Shown in pieces: positions 1 through 13,099 of a stretch of 64,000 nucleotides of DNA (within the stretch, counting starts at the first letter, position 1; the number at the start of each line of letters is the position of its first letter). The notes beneath the pieces are model-generated. The model worked only from the letters and a program-made list of their open reading frames with translations, was not told the DNA's origin and did not search any database. This stretch comes from Mobula hypostoma (Eukaryota), in NCBI RefSeq assembly GCF_963921235.1, contig NC_086097.1, positions 159,342,001-159,406,000 of the forward strand, in the 5' to 3' direction. Made by a program: the position numbers and the translations under genes.

Positions 1-207
1 TCTGTGTAGCAGTAAGATTTGGGTAAGATGTCACCACATTGGCAGTCACATACCAGTCCATCCCATACCACTTCCTCTCCAGTACAAGTGCATTGGAACT
101 CTGGGGCATTTTCTCTGACACACTGCACTGTGGTGAACTGCAATAGCAATTGCCAGTTTCTGAAAGTCCAGTTATGCCTTGGCCTTTACCCTACTTTCAA
201 TAAGTCC

Positions 208-1535
208 TGAGTTACAAGGTCCTGGGAGTCAACATCCATTGATGCAAATTATGAGAAGGCACACCAGCGATTCTATTTCATTAGGAGTTTGAAGGTATTT
301 GGTATGTCTCCAAAGATACTTGCAAATTTCTACAGATGTGTGGTGGAGAGTACTCTGAATGGTTGCATGACAGCCTGGTACGGAACGTCCAATGCATAGG
401 ATGGCGAGTAGCTGTAGAGGGCAATTGGCTCAGCCAGCTCCTTCATGGCACAGCCTTTCCACAACTGAGGACCTCTTCATAGGCAGTGTTGATCATTTAG
501 GACTTCACCATCTGGAACATACCTTATTCTCATTACTACCATCGCCGAGGAGTCGCAGGACCCTGAAGACCCACACTCAATGATTTAAGAACAGCTTCTT
601 CCCCTCGACCATCTGAACAGTCCACGAACCCATGAACACTACCTTGTTATTCCTTTTATCTGCTCATCTTTTCGTAATTTGTAATAGCTTTATGTCTATG
701 GTAAATACGTCATGGTAAATGGTAGGGCATTGAAGAATGCAGTAGAACAGAGGGATCTAGGAATAATGGTACATAGTTCCCTGAAGGTGGAATCTCGTGT
801 GGATAGTGTGGTGAAGAAATCTTTTGGTATGCTGGCCTTTATAAATCACAGCAATGAGTATAGGAGTTGGGATGTAATGTTGAAATTGTACAAGGCATTG
901 GTGAGGCCAAATTTGGAGTATTGTGTATAGTTTTGGTCAACAAATTATAGGAAAGATGTCAACAAAATAAAAAGAGTACAGAGAAGGTTTACTAAAATGT
1001 TACCAGGGTTTCATCACCTAAGTTACAGAGAAAGGTTGAACAAGTTGGGTCTTTATTCTTTGGAGCGTAGAAGGTTGAGGGGGCTTGATAGAGGTATTTA
1101 AAATTATGAGAGGGATAGATAGAATTGACATGGATAGGCTTTTTCCATTGAGAGTGGGGGAGATTAAAACAAGAAGACATGAGTTGAGAGTTAAAGGGCA
1201 AACATTTAGGAGTAACTTGAGGGGGAACTTCTTTACTCAGAGAGTGGTAGCTGGGTGGAACGAGCTTCCAGCAGAAGTGGTAGAGGCAGGTTCATTGTTA
1301 CCGTTTAAAGTTAAACTGGACAGCCATATGGACAGGAAAGGAATGGAGGATTATGTACTGAGGGCAGGTCAGTGGGACTAGGTGAGAGTAAGAGTTCGGC
1401 ACGGACTAGAAGGGCCAAGATGGCCTGTTCCCGTGCTGTAATTGTTATTTGGTTATATGGTCTATGCACTTTTGCTGCTGCTGCAGTACAGCAAATTTCA
1501 CATCATCTGAGTCACTGATGATAAATCTGATTCTG
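208..1535 (+). mobile_element. Rex1/Babar-clade LINE 3' fragment, interrupted by a CR1 at 701-1460
   Basis: Degenerate C-terminal coding region (RFYFIRSLKVFGMSPKILANFYRCVVESTL). The 3' UTR resumes at 1461 and ends GATAAATCTGATTCTG like the copies at 3270 and 29402. Confidence 0.8.
701..1460 (+). mobile_element. CR1 LINE, 5'-truncated 3' end
   Basis: ORFs 712-930 (QRDLG...LYKALVRPNLEYCV) and 1085-1381 (FFTQRVV..WNELP), a CR1 3' UTR, and GTCTATG duplicated at 694-700 and 1460-1466. Confidence 0.92.
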
Positions 1536-2574
1536 TTCTTGAAGCCACTACACTCTAACCCAATGAAACCTGATAATCTGATATCCCCACTTCCAAAACT
1601 TTTGCCTAATCCAGGAGTTTTAGGCATCAGAGAAAATTTCTTGTAGTAGTGACAATTCCTTTCTTGTTTTCTTGGACTGCAGATGGCATGGCAAAGGAAG
1701 GATTCTGTTGTCACTGCAACTCAATCAATATGGTTATCGCCATCTCCACATCTTATTGTCCCACAGTGCAATATTGAATGACATAAATAAAAATTAGTAA
1801 ATTTGTTGTGTTGTTTTCATGAATCTTGTCCATACCTATCTTCTCCCCACCCCAAACAATACCCCCCTACCGAGTGTGCAGTTAGTCCCAGCAGTTCCTG
1901 GAACTGTTAAATGAGCCACTTTATCATTTCCAATAAAATGGCTCAATTTGAGGGAGAAAGAAAAATATCTGGTATAAATATATCTCCACTAATAACATAG
2001 TATTCAACAGGAAAAGGGGCAGAGGTTACAGAAAAATCATGATACAGATGTTTTTCTTGGAATTGAACCCTTCCATAATGGGGGATGGGGCATTGGGAAG
2101 GTCATCTGTACCCGTAGGACCCCAGTAACCACCTGAATTTGTGTTTTAATGCAGCATAATAAATATTATCCAAACTGAAACTTAAATAAATAAGAGCTCC
2201 GTGGATGTCAAGGGGTGACTCTATTTCCTTCTTTCTCATTGAGATTAAGCACGCACATCAACACACGGTAGCAGTAATTGCTTTCAGCCGAGAGTTCATT
2301 CTCCCATAATGTGTTTGCTTTGCAGATATAGAGGGAGAGCCCAGTGACCTTGTGGCATTAATTACAAAGTCTATATCGTTCATTTATTTGACACACATCA
2401 TCCATTTGACCAGGATAGTTTCCATAAACAGGATACGAATAGTGTATGTGGCTGGAGTTTTCAGTTTGTTCATTTACAGGGATTAAGCCCTTGAGTGTTT
2501 ATTTATAGAGTTGGCTGTATCATTTGCAGCATTCTACTGGAGGAACTCAGCATGTCGAGCAGTATCTTGAGGGA

Positions 2575-3282
2575 TTGAGGGACCAGCAGTAGAAAGGGTG
2601 AGCAGCTTAAAATTCCTGGGTCTCTGAAGATCTATCCTAGGCCCAGCATATTGATGCAATCACAAAGACGGCATGGCAGTGGTTATATTTTATTAGGAGC
2701 TTGAGGAGACTTGGGATGTTGCCAAAAACTCTAGCAAATTTCTACAGATGGAGAGCTTTTCTACATGGATGGATTTCTACATGGAGAGCATTCTAACTGG
2801 TTACATCACCATCTGGTATGGAGGGGCCACTGCACAGGATCGGAAAAGATGTAGAAATTTGCAAATTCAGCCAGCTCCATCATGGGCACTAGCCTCCCCA
2901 GCATTGAGGATATGTTCAAAAGACAATACTTCAAAAAGGCGTTGTCTGTCATTCTGGACTCCCATACTCCCATTGCCCAGGACATATCTTCTTCTCATTG
3001 CTATCATCAAGGATGAGGTCCAGGAGTCTGATGACACACATTTTAGGAACTGCTTCTTTCCCACTACCATCAGATTTCTGAACATACTATGAACCCATGT
3101 ACACTACCTCAATATTTTAATTTCTTTTTCACTCTGTTTTTGCACTACTTATTTAATTTTATATATATGTATATATTGCTTTTTGTAATTTGTTTATTAA
3201 TTTTATGTATTGCATTGCACTGCTGCCACAACACTACGAATTTTACAACATATGCCAATGATATTAAACCTGATTCTGATTC
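2575..3282 (+). mobile_element. Rex1/Babar LINE 3' fragment
   Basis: ESILTGYITIWYGGATAQDRK motif; tail ATTAAACCTGATTCTGATTC. Confidence 0.85.
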
Positions 3283-3511
3283 CTTCTGTGGGAGGAAGGG
3301 AATTGTCAACATTGTTATGCTTGTGGTACAGAAACTGTGAATAACACTTACACGAGAGATGGAGAGGCAAGGAACAAGCATGTTGCTGTTTATTTTGCTT
3401 GTAAGCCATCTACCCAGAATGCCTTCTCACATTTTGTTCAGTACCTAACACACAGGGAAGCTTGACAACAACCTGTAAGGGTCAAAATATACATGAATAC
3501 ATGGGGAAACA

Positions 3512-3790
3512 TGGAAGCATGGTGGTTATCACAACACTTTACAGTATCAGTGACTGGGTTCATTTCCCGCCATTGCCTGTAAGGAGTTTTTACATTCTCC
3601 TCATGTCCGCGTGGGTTTCCTCTCAGTGCTCCGCTTTCCTCCCACAGTCCAAAGACGTACCAGTTGTTAAGTTAATTGGGCATTGTAAATTGTCCCATGA
3701 TGAGGCCAGGGTAAATTTTGGGGGATTGCTGGGTGGGGTGGCTCAAGGGGCTGAAAGAGGCTATGCTGCATTGTTTCTCAATAAATAAAT
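3512..3790 (+). mobile_element. tRNA-derived V-SINE
   Basis: Degenerate tRNA head, central V-domain GTGGGTTTCCTCTCAGTGCTCCGCTTTCCTCCCACAGTCCAAAGACGTAC, and (AAAT)n tail. Confidence 0.8.
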
Positions 3791-3970
3791 AATGTTTTGG
3801 GTCAAAACAATGCACCCGGGCTGAGGACCCAGCATATCATTTACCACAATGTCCTGCAGAGTCTTTGAGATAGATGAATGCAGCACAGAAGCAGGTCCTT
3901 CTTTCCAATTGGTCCAACCACTGCACCATCCCTACATTAAATCCCATCTAACCTTACGATTGAAGGCGTG

Positions 3971-4468
3971 GGCCAGAACAAAGTGGCAGGGTTGTGTGAT
4001 AGTGAATCTCCATACACAAGAGGGATATCTTTCTCACTGCCTACATAATTACACCTTAACTGTTGCACTAATCCTAACCCTTTCTCCCAAGTTTCCTTCC
4101 CCCCTCCCACCTCGCTGCCAGTTTTTTTCCCACTCGCCTCCTCCCTTGCCAGGAGGCCTTCACCACTATCTCCCAAACCTACCTCCATTTCTAATCCTTT
4201 CTTCCACATCCCCACAAATTTGGATCGTATCCCCTACATGAAAACCACTCTAACATTAAGCATAGGTAATAACCTCGCCACCTTAGCACATTTATAAACC
4301 TAAGCTTAACAGTGGATGTAACGAGGAGGAAGATCACAATAAAAGCAAATGTTGGACCTGGATAACAAAGGCATGGCCAGAACAAAGAGGCAGGATCGTG
4401 TGATAATGAAACTCCAGGAATGAGATCTACAAGTACAAGAGGGATATTTTTCCCACTGCCTGCATAAT
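3971..4468. repeat. Diverged direct repeat pair (3971-4049 and 4375-4468)
   Basis: Both copies read GGCCAGAACAAAG.GGCAGG.T.GTGTGATA.TGAA...ACAAGAGGGATAT.TTT..CACTGCCT.CATAAT. Confidence 0.8.
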
Positions 4469-4494
4469 GACAACGTGGATGTGGATGTGGGTGC

Positions 4495-5660
4495 CTATAA
4501 CAGGTGACCAAAACTGTACACAATACACCAAGTGTGGCTTCACCAATGACTAGGCAAGATAATGGCACTACTGTTAAACTCAGTGCCCTGACTGCTGAAG
4601 GTAAGCATCCTAAATGTCTTGTTCAAACCCTCTTCTGCTTGCACAGCCATATTCAGCAAACTGTGCACTTGTATGCCCAGCTCCCTCTTTCCCACACCAC
4701 TCCTGCCATTCACTGAATAGGTCCTACTCTGTTTGATTGTCTAAAGTGTATCACTTCCACTATCTAAGCTGAAATCCATTTGTCATTCTTCAGCCCATCT
4801 CCATAACTGTTCAAGAGCTCTTTGTAATACATTGTAACCTGGTTCGAGACCCACTAACTCAGGATCATCTGCAAACTTGCTAATCATACTCAGGGTCGTC
4901 TGCAAACTTGCTAATCATACCATGCATGTCCATATTCAAATCATTTATATAAATAATGAACAGCACAATTCCCAACACTAAATCCTGGGGCATCCCACTA
5001 GTCACAGGCCTCCAGCTGGAGAATCAACCTTCAACCATCATCTTCTCCTTCGCGTCATTGAACCAGTTCTGATTCCACCTCACTAGCTCCTCCTGAATCC
5101 CATGTGGCCTAACCTTGGAGATCAGCCTACCGTGTGGGACCTTATAGACAACATCACTGACCTAGCTTCATATTAGTCCTCTTGGTTACCACATTAAAAA
5201 AATGCCAGTATATTCATTAGCCATGATTTCCCACGCAGAAAACTATTCTGGCTATTCCTCATCAGGCCTTGACTATCCATGTGATGTATGGTAGATCTTA
5301 ACCCTCAGAATTCTCTCCAGTAACTTCCCTACAACTGAAGTCAGGTTTCCCTGCTCTGGCCTTACTAACCTTGAACACAGGAGAGGCATAAACCACCCAC
5401 CATAATTTTTCCCTGACTTCCCATGACACCTGGGGCTGCTCTTGGTCAGGCCCTGTGGATTCCTCCACTGTAACGCGCTTCAAATCTGCAAATAACTCTT
5501 TCCTCATAATACGCATGTGATATAAGACCTCACTATTTATTACTCTCAGTTCATTGGCATCCATAATATTCTCCTTAGTAAACACTGAGGAGAATCAGAT
5601 ATTAAAGATTTTATCCATCTCTGTGGCTCCACACACAGGCAGACCAATAGTCTTTAAACA
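4495..5660 (-). mobile_element. Old CR1 ORF2 fragment (RT region), internally deleted
   Basis: The reverse strand gives SKFADD, WRPVTSGMPQD and KVPH remnants. There is a 31-bp tandem duplication at about 4857-4920. Confidence 0.8.
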
Positions 5661-5764
5661 ACTTGGTTACTCCCTAGTCAGTTTTTTACTTTTAATATAA
5701 CTTAAATATTAAAGATTAGCTTTATTTGTCACATGTTCATTGAAAATAGGTAAGTGTAATTATG

Positions 5765-6490
5765 AAGAAAGCATGGCAGCGCCTCTACTTCCTTAGGAGT
5801 TTGCGAAGATTTGATGTAACATCTAAAATTTAACTAACTTCTATAGATTTGTGGTTGAGAGTATATTTACTGGCTGCATCAGAGCCTGGCATAAAAACAC
5901 CAATGCTCTTGAATGGAAACTCCTACAAAGAGTAATGGGTATGGCCCAGTCTATCATGGGTAAAGCTCTCCCAACCATTAAGCACATGTATATGAAACGC
6001 TGTCATAGGAAAGCAGAATCCATCATCAGGATACTCTCTCCACCACCCAGGTATTGTTCTCTTCTCACTGCTGCCATCAGGAAGAAGGTACAGGAGCCTT
6101 AGGACCCACACCACCAAGTTTGGCAATAGTTATTACCCCTCAGCCATCAGGCACTTGAACCAAAGGGGATAACTTCACTCAGCTTCACTTACCCCATCAT
6201 TGAAATGTTTCCAAAACCTATGGACTCACTTTCAAGGATTCTTCATCTCATGTCCTTGATATTTAAAGCTTGTTTATTTATTATTATTATTATTATTTCT
6301 TTCTTTTTGCATGCAGACAATTTGTTGTCTTTTGCACGCTAGATGATAACCCAAGTTGGTGCCATCTTTCATTGATTCTATTCTGGTTATTATTCTATTA
6401 TGGATTTATTGAGTAAGCCCACAACAAAATGAATCTCAGGGCAGTTTACGGTGACATACATATACTTTGATAATAAATTTACTTTGAACA
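5765..6490 (+). mobile_element. Rex1/Babar LINE 3' fragment
   Basis: VESIFTGCIRAW motif; tail GATAATAAATTTACTTTGAAC. Confidence 0.85.
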
Positions 6491-6574
6491 GTGTTATTTT
6501 GCTTCAAATCAAATTAGCGAATATAGTGCTGGGATGCCTGCAAGTACTGCCATGCCTCCGGTGCCAACTCAGCG

Positions 6575-6732
6575 TGCCCATAACTGTACATCTTAGGAAT
6601 GTGGGAGGAAACCGGAGAACCCAGAGGAAAGCCACACAGTCATCAGGAGAACATACAAACTTCTTACAGAATTGAACCCCAATCTTACTGATGGCAGGAG
6701 TATTGTGCCAATTGCTACATTATCATGTCGCC
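6575..6732 (-). mobile_element. V-SINE 5' half
   Basis: Reverse-complement V-domain TGTGGGAGGAAACCGGAGAACCCAGAGGAAA. Confidence 0.7.
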
Positions 6733-6904
6733 CTACTGAAGAATTTCTTGGGTTTATCTTTAATCCTACCTGCCAATTCCATTTCATGTCTTCCTTAAAC
6801 CCTCATGATTTTAAACTTCCTGGTCTTAAACTTTTATATTCAACAATGGATTTATTCATAATCATGTGCCTTCATTTTTCTTACAAAAGCCTCGCTATCT
6901 CACC

Positions 6905-7240
6905 AGCGAGCATTCCCTGATAGAAACATCCTGCCTGTTATAGGAACGCCCTGCCACTGGACTCTTGATATGACTTTTTTAAAACCTTCCATCTGGCAGC
7001 AGGTCTTTTTCCTTTCTGTAGAGTTATCCAGTTGACCCCAGCTAGATCCTGCATAATGACCTCAAATTTAGCCCTTCTCCAGTTCAGGACTTTAACATGT
7101 GGACCTGTTCTACCTTTTTGCATAATTATTAAAAACTTCTAGGATTATAGTCACCTGGGATTAAAGTGCTCCCCAATTACCACTTTAGTTACTTGGCCCA
7201 CCTCATTCCCTAAGGAGAGTTGCACTATTGCTCCCTCCTC
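6905..7240 (-). mobile_element. Old CR1 fragment (endonuclease-linker region)
   Basis: GPHVKVLNWRRAKFEVIMQDLAGVNW matches the equivalent region of the CR1 copies at about 17600 and 25500. Confidence 0.75.
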
Positions 7241-9074
7241 TAAATATTGCATGAGGAAACTGCTCCTTTGAATTGTGGGAACCCAGGATCAAAATATATT
7301 AGGGCCTTGCTCTACAGAGTTTCTATGTGATATCTTAGTATTTCTCAGCAGTGCACTGTAGTGATCACCAGAAAACAAAGAGCTGCTGGAGGAACTCATT
7401 GGATCAGGCAGTGTCTGTGGAGGGAAATGGACAATTCATATTTTGGCTCAAGATAATTTTTCCCCAGAGGGAGCATTGTGTAGTGAACAATGACTTTCCA
7501 TACACAGTTGGCATTGAAATATCATATCTGGAAATGGCCATTAACACCATTCAATCTGGAAATATGCCTCGATCAAAATGCTGGAAAAAAAAGTGTTTTG
7601 TGATAAAAAAAAAGCATTTTCCAGACATGCAAGAAGAAATATAAACATATCTGATTCCCAAGACAGTGGAGAATAATAAGCTTGGGTTTGCTGTAGAGAA
7701 TCATCATTCAAATTGACATGTAATTAAATTACAAGGAAGTTTGACTAAATCAATTCACAAAAATATTGGAAGTATGAAGTGAGAAGATAACTATAATCAA
7801 GCAGGTTCAGACATAAAAAAGACAACATAGGTCCAGTATATAGACCCTGAAGGAACAGAATTAATTGTCTGAGAGATATGCTTTATGTAGGACTAAAGAA
7901 TCAGGTGTGAGCTTTAATGATGATGAATGGCAAAAGACATGAAAGCTGAACTGATTGAAAAAATGCCCCAAACAAAAAAAAAATCATTGTGCAGAAATGG
8001 TGAATGGGATTTACTAATTTGGTAGAGCTTCATGCTGTGTATATCTAGCTATAAGAAAGGGCACCCGACTCTTTTTGTTGGGTGCTTTCATCACTTGTGA
8101 TCTCCCTTACTGAAAAGAATAAGCCGTGTTTCACAGGAAGAAAGGTTATCAGGCTTCTTCTGGTCTTTTCATTAGAAATGTCAGACTTGGTATTATCATG
8201 TGCATTTCTTTTATCTTCCCTGGAAGAATATTCCTCTGCAAGGCTTTGACTGATACTTGGGAAGTTGTGAGTTCAAGTTCCACTCCAGGGACCTTGACTA
8301 TATAACCCTGGCTTGTACATCAATGGAGTGCTGGCAGGTTCAGTACTGTTGAAAATTTTCTAATCCTGTGTTGATAATGAGACCACACTGAGTATGGTAC
8401 TACAGATATTCTGGACACATTACAAAGAGGAAAAGGTAGATATCTGATTTTGTATTCTACCGGACACCCAGAAGAAACCTACACAGTCGTGGAGAGAATG
8501 TCCAAACTCTTACAGATAGCGGAGAGAATTGAAACTGGAGCAGAGACATTGGATATTAGAAAGACAAGAACTGATGGATACCAAGGGAAAATGGGAATGT
8601 ATTGCAGAGTTCACCAATACATTGTGTCTAATGACATTTCATTCTCTGGTGGTTGGTTTAAAGGTGGAGGTTGCCAGAACCACTGGAGTGGTTATATTTG
8701 TATGGGACCATTGTACACCAACCACCATTCCAGTAGTGAGGTTCATCAGAATGATATTTCACTCAGTAAACATGGATAGCTGGAGATTTTCATATAAAAA
8801 TGTATCTATTTTGGAGATTAAATGATTTGTGGATTATAAATACCTGCTTATTCAGTAGAGAATGTTTCTAATCAATTCACTTTGCTTTCATTTTTGGGAA
8901 CCGGGACTTAGTAGCTGGAACATGATTTTGTTTATTCCTAAAATCCAATCCAGCCTGGTGGTCATCTACTGATGACCAACTGCAGTTTCTGCTGTAATGT
9001 TCTGGTTATTTTCACATAGAGGCCTTACTGAATTGACAGGATAGATAAATAGGCATCCAAGTCCATTTATAATG

Positions 9075-9937
9075 ATATTGCACAGAACCAGGCCTTTCAG
9101 CCCATCATTCATGCTGACCCTTAACTAACCATCTACACTCAACACATTTTATTTTCCCTGTATTCCTATCAACTCCCACAGATTTTATGGCTCAGCAAAA
9201 GACAAGGGTCCATTAAACCTATTGACTTACAGTTGGAGTGTTGTACGCAATACTGCTTATCCTATTATAGGAAAGGCATCATTAAGCTAAAAGTAGTGCA
9301 AAGAAGATTTACAGGAATGTTGTCAGGACAAAGGTGTGAGTTATAGTGCGAGGTTGGGAAGCATAGGACTATATTCCTTGGAACATAGGATACTGAGTGG
9401 TAATCTTATGGAGAAGTATAAAATGACAGCGAGTATAGAGAGCATGAATACACACTGCTTTCTTCCCAAATGTGGGGAATCAAGAACTGAAAGGCATAGG
9501 TTTAGGGAGAGAGGAAAGAGATTTAATAGAGACCTGAGAGATAACTTCTTCATACAGAGGGTGATGTGTATGTAGAATTAGTTGCCAGAGGAAATAGTTG
9601 AAGCATGTACACTAACAACATTAAAAAACGTTTTTAAAGCACCTGAACAGGTACGTGGATGGGAGAGTTTTAGAGGGATATAGTCAAAAGTGGGGAAATG
9701 TGACTAACTTTGATGGGAATTTTGGTCAGCATGAATGAGTTGGGACAAAATGATCATTTCTGTACTCTATGACTCCGTCTTTTGGATTTGAAAGGAAAGT
9801 GGAACATTTGGAGGAAAGCCACATGATTACAGAGAGAATATACAAACGCCACACAAGCAACACCTTGAGGTCAGTATTGAACCTGGGTCACTTAAGCTAT
9901 GAGGCATCAGCTCTACTAGTTACACCCCTGTGTTGCC
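9075..9937 (-). mobile_element. V-SINE with CR1-like tail, split by a CR1 insertion
   Basis: The tail half lies at 9075-9231 and the head/V-domain half at 9776-9937, in the same orientation. Confidence 0.7.
9232..9775 (+). mobile_element. CR1 3' fragment nested in a SINE
   Basis: MSYSARLGSIGLYSLEHR...FFIQRV; tail CTCTATGACTC. Confidence 0.85.
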
Positions 9938-11057
9938 TATTTGCTTTTCTTCTGATGAGAGAGATCCCGAAGTGTCTGCGGTTAAGGTGGTAAATATCAG
10001 CAGGCCATTGGAAAATATGTTCTAATATCCATACTTTATGCATCACCGTGTTGCCACCAGCAGCTGTGTCGAAACGTTATAAAGCCTAATATTGCCACAG
10101 ATCTGAATGAATTTCTAATGATAACTGGCAGGGTCATGGTAGGATTAGGGTGGGAAAACCAACTGCTCTCTCTGTGCCAGCTGCAATTATTCTCTTCTTT
10201 CAGGATGTGTTGTTTGCAGTCCTGTTTGTAGCTGGCTGTAAACAGAGACAAAAAAACTTGTCTGATGAAAGATAATCATCCAGCACTCTTAAAATCACCA
10301 GCGTTAGCGCTTACTTCTTTTCCCTTTTGACAGCTCCCACCTTGTTCACTCAGCTAACCATGTATGCTCTCTTCGAATAGCCTGCTGCCTCTTGCCTCAG
10401 TGGTTCAGGGCAGCAGCACGATGGAGGCAAGGCCACCTTGTCCTGACCACGTTAACTTCTTGGTGATTGACAATTGCACTGATGTCTTATGAAATGCAAA
10501 AAGGAACTTTCAGAGGGAAATAAACAACATTGCTGCCAGTGTTTGAAATCAAGCCTGGAGACGTCAATCAGAAAAAGGGCAGAATAAATAGAATAAAATT
10601 AAGGTTACAAATCATGTCAGCTCTACTCCCAGCCAAAGTGGAAATGGTTGATTCATTCCATCATCAATCAAGCCTCGTGCCTACAGTGACTGAAACTGAT
10701 TTGATGCACGTAATACGTGTGTCACTATTCTCTACTCACTGTATTTTTTTTCTGGAGACATGAAGCTGCTTTTATTGGCAGATGTTTCCATGGATTCAAT
10801 CACTGTTCTGTTTCCACCGCCTGTTAAATAAATTTAAGTAGATTACTAAAAACTGGCAGTTCACAGATAAATTCTATGCTAACAAGGTATTAACAAATGT
10901 TGTGCACATTTAATTAGAGGTAAGGCCAGAAATAATGCCTATTGTCCAAGGAGGTTTTCTCCAGAACCCTATGGAGTTTTTTCTGCTTTCATTCCAACCC
11001 CAGGGGCAAATCTATCAATCCCTCCCATTATAGGGACATGAAATTAAAAAATGTCAA

Positions 11058-11155
11058 CTGTCCTAACAAAGGGTCTTGGCCCGAAACGTCGACTGTACCT
11101 CTTCCTATAGATGCTGCCTGGCCTGCTGCGTTCACCAGCATTTTGTGTGTGTTGC
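11058..11155 (+). mobile_element. Penelope-like terminal repeat fragment with decayed hammerhead motif
   Basis: GTC-CTAACAA-AGGGTCTTGGCCC-GAAA-CGTC-GACTG followed by GATGCTGCCTGGCCTGCTG...TGTGTGTGTT, homologous to 26621-26720. Confidence 0.8.
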
Positions 11156-11229
11156 TCTCCCCAGGACTTTTTTTTTGGTCTGAGGTCTGCTTCCTAAATT
11201 CAGAAGCATCCTACCAACATCAGAAATTC

Positions 11230-12320
11230 GCTGGTATTGGAATTGTTTTATTATTGTCACATATACCAAGATAGAGTGAAAAACTTGTCTTGCATACTGA
11301 TTACACAGATCAATTCATTACACAATGCATTGAGGTAGAACAAGGTAAAATAATAACAGAATACAGAATAGAGTGTAACAGCAACGGTTCAGGTAAACAA
11401 CAAAGTGCAAGATCTTCATGAGCTGAATTGAGAGGTCAAGAGGCCATCTTACTGTAAAAGAATATTATTAGCAATTTTTAGAGACAGGGAATTGAGATTT
11501 TAAAATGCTGAACGATTATAAATAGAAGTGATGAGTGGATCTGTAGGGAGCAGTTTGCCACAAATTATCAAGCTGTGGCATCATAACTGACTGCTCCAGC
11601 ACCCATTGCTCCTGAAACACACTGGCACGGCACTACCCCATACGTTTCATTAGAGAATGGTCTAATGTATTCTGCTTCCCAATAGAATGCTCAACTTTGA
11701 ATTATTTCTTAATAAAGATGAGATTGATACTAAAAGAGCTTCTCAAATAAAGTGAATAACAATATACCATGGATAAAACAGTATACTATTAAATGGTTCC
11801 TTCACTATTATTGTGTCAAATATTGAAAAGTAATTGGAAATTAGTTTATTATTGTCATGTGTATAGGGATATGGTGAAAATCCTTGTTTCAAAACATAAG
11901 TACAATACATCAAGTTAGTGCAACAGGAAAAGCAATAGCAGAATATAGTGTTACAGTTATAGACAAAGAACGGTGCAGACAGATAATTAGATACAAGTAC
12001 CAAGACAAGGTAAATTGTAAGGTTGAGAGAATTCATCTTCATCATACAAGAGGTCTGTTCAAGAATTTTGTAACAGTAGTATAGAAGCTGTCCTCCAGCC
12101 TGCTGGTGCATGTTTTTGAGATTTTTTTTATCTTCAACTGATAGAATTGAGGAGTAGAGAGGATGCCCAGGGTGGGTGAGATTCTGGCTGCTATCTTGAA
12201 GCAGAGTGAAGAGTAGATGGAGTCCACAGAGCAGATGTTAATTTCCATGATGTGCTGAGCTGAACTCACAACTCTCTGCAGTTTCTCATGGTCCTGGGCA
12301 GAGCAAATAATATACAAACA
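11230..12320 (-). mobile_element. Two Rex1/Babar 3' fragments (11230-11455 and 11830-12320)
   Basis: CSAQDHEKLQRVVSSAQHI motif; reverse-strand GACAATAATAAAC plus CCAAT-type tails. Confidence 0.75.
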
Positions 12321-13099
12321 AACAGAGCATTTTCCATATTGTGCCATACACAAGACACTTGCCATAAGCATGGAGGAGAGTGCTTCAGTCAGGGAATCCA
12401 ACCTGTGTGGTTCTATCTTCTTCCTATTAATGTCCTTCATTGACTTGGGACAATAAGTTTGTGCATTTCAGGAAATAGCTACTGGCTTTGGCTCAACAAC
12501 AACAACACGAGATAACAATGCCAGAATGGCTCAGTTGATAGAATTGGATTGCGGTGAAATTTGAAGCACTACAATTGCTTGCCAAATGTGATGTTATCTT
12601 GCAATTTCAGAAGTAGCCTCATTTGTTTTACTTACTGACAGCTGGGCATGTTGCCAACCATGAAACAACCACCTGTCTCTTCAAACGACACTAGATTTAG
12701 ATCTCTTGCCCATGCTAGTCAGTCTTGCTGAGCAGTTTTTAACATGCATTTTTTTTGCATCGATTTCAATTTTATTTTTCCAAAATAAGTCTGGTGGTTT
12801 AACTGTATAACATGCTATTCAACAGGAAAGCAGTTAATATTCAAAATACTTAGTTCCTGTTGTTTCTCCCCCAACCCTGCTGCCTTGTCTCTCTGTCATA
12901 TGTTGAACATAACTGTATTTTATCATATTTTTCACACATTTTAATCATGAGAAGAAATAAAAAGAAAAATCAAATTTTGTTGCAGAGGTGCTTGTCAAGA
13001 AGAAGCTTTCTGATAAGGCCCTTCATCATATCTGAACAAAGATTAAAAGGAAGCCAAGAAAGGATTTGTTTGCTCATCAGGTTTGCTTTTTCAGGCACC

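Noticed and set aside
10190..10280. Strong-looking polypyrimidine/CAG acceptor
   Set aside because: No recognisable coding sequence or paired donor follows.
12471..12560. Possible host exon (TTTCAG acceptor, 27 open codons, GTGAAA)
   Set aside because: Weak donor, no recognisable protein, and it overlaps a possible transposase fossil.
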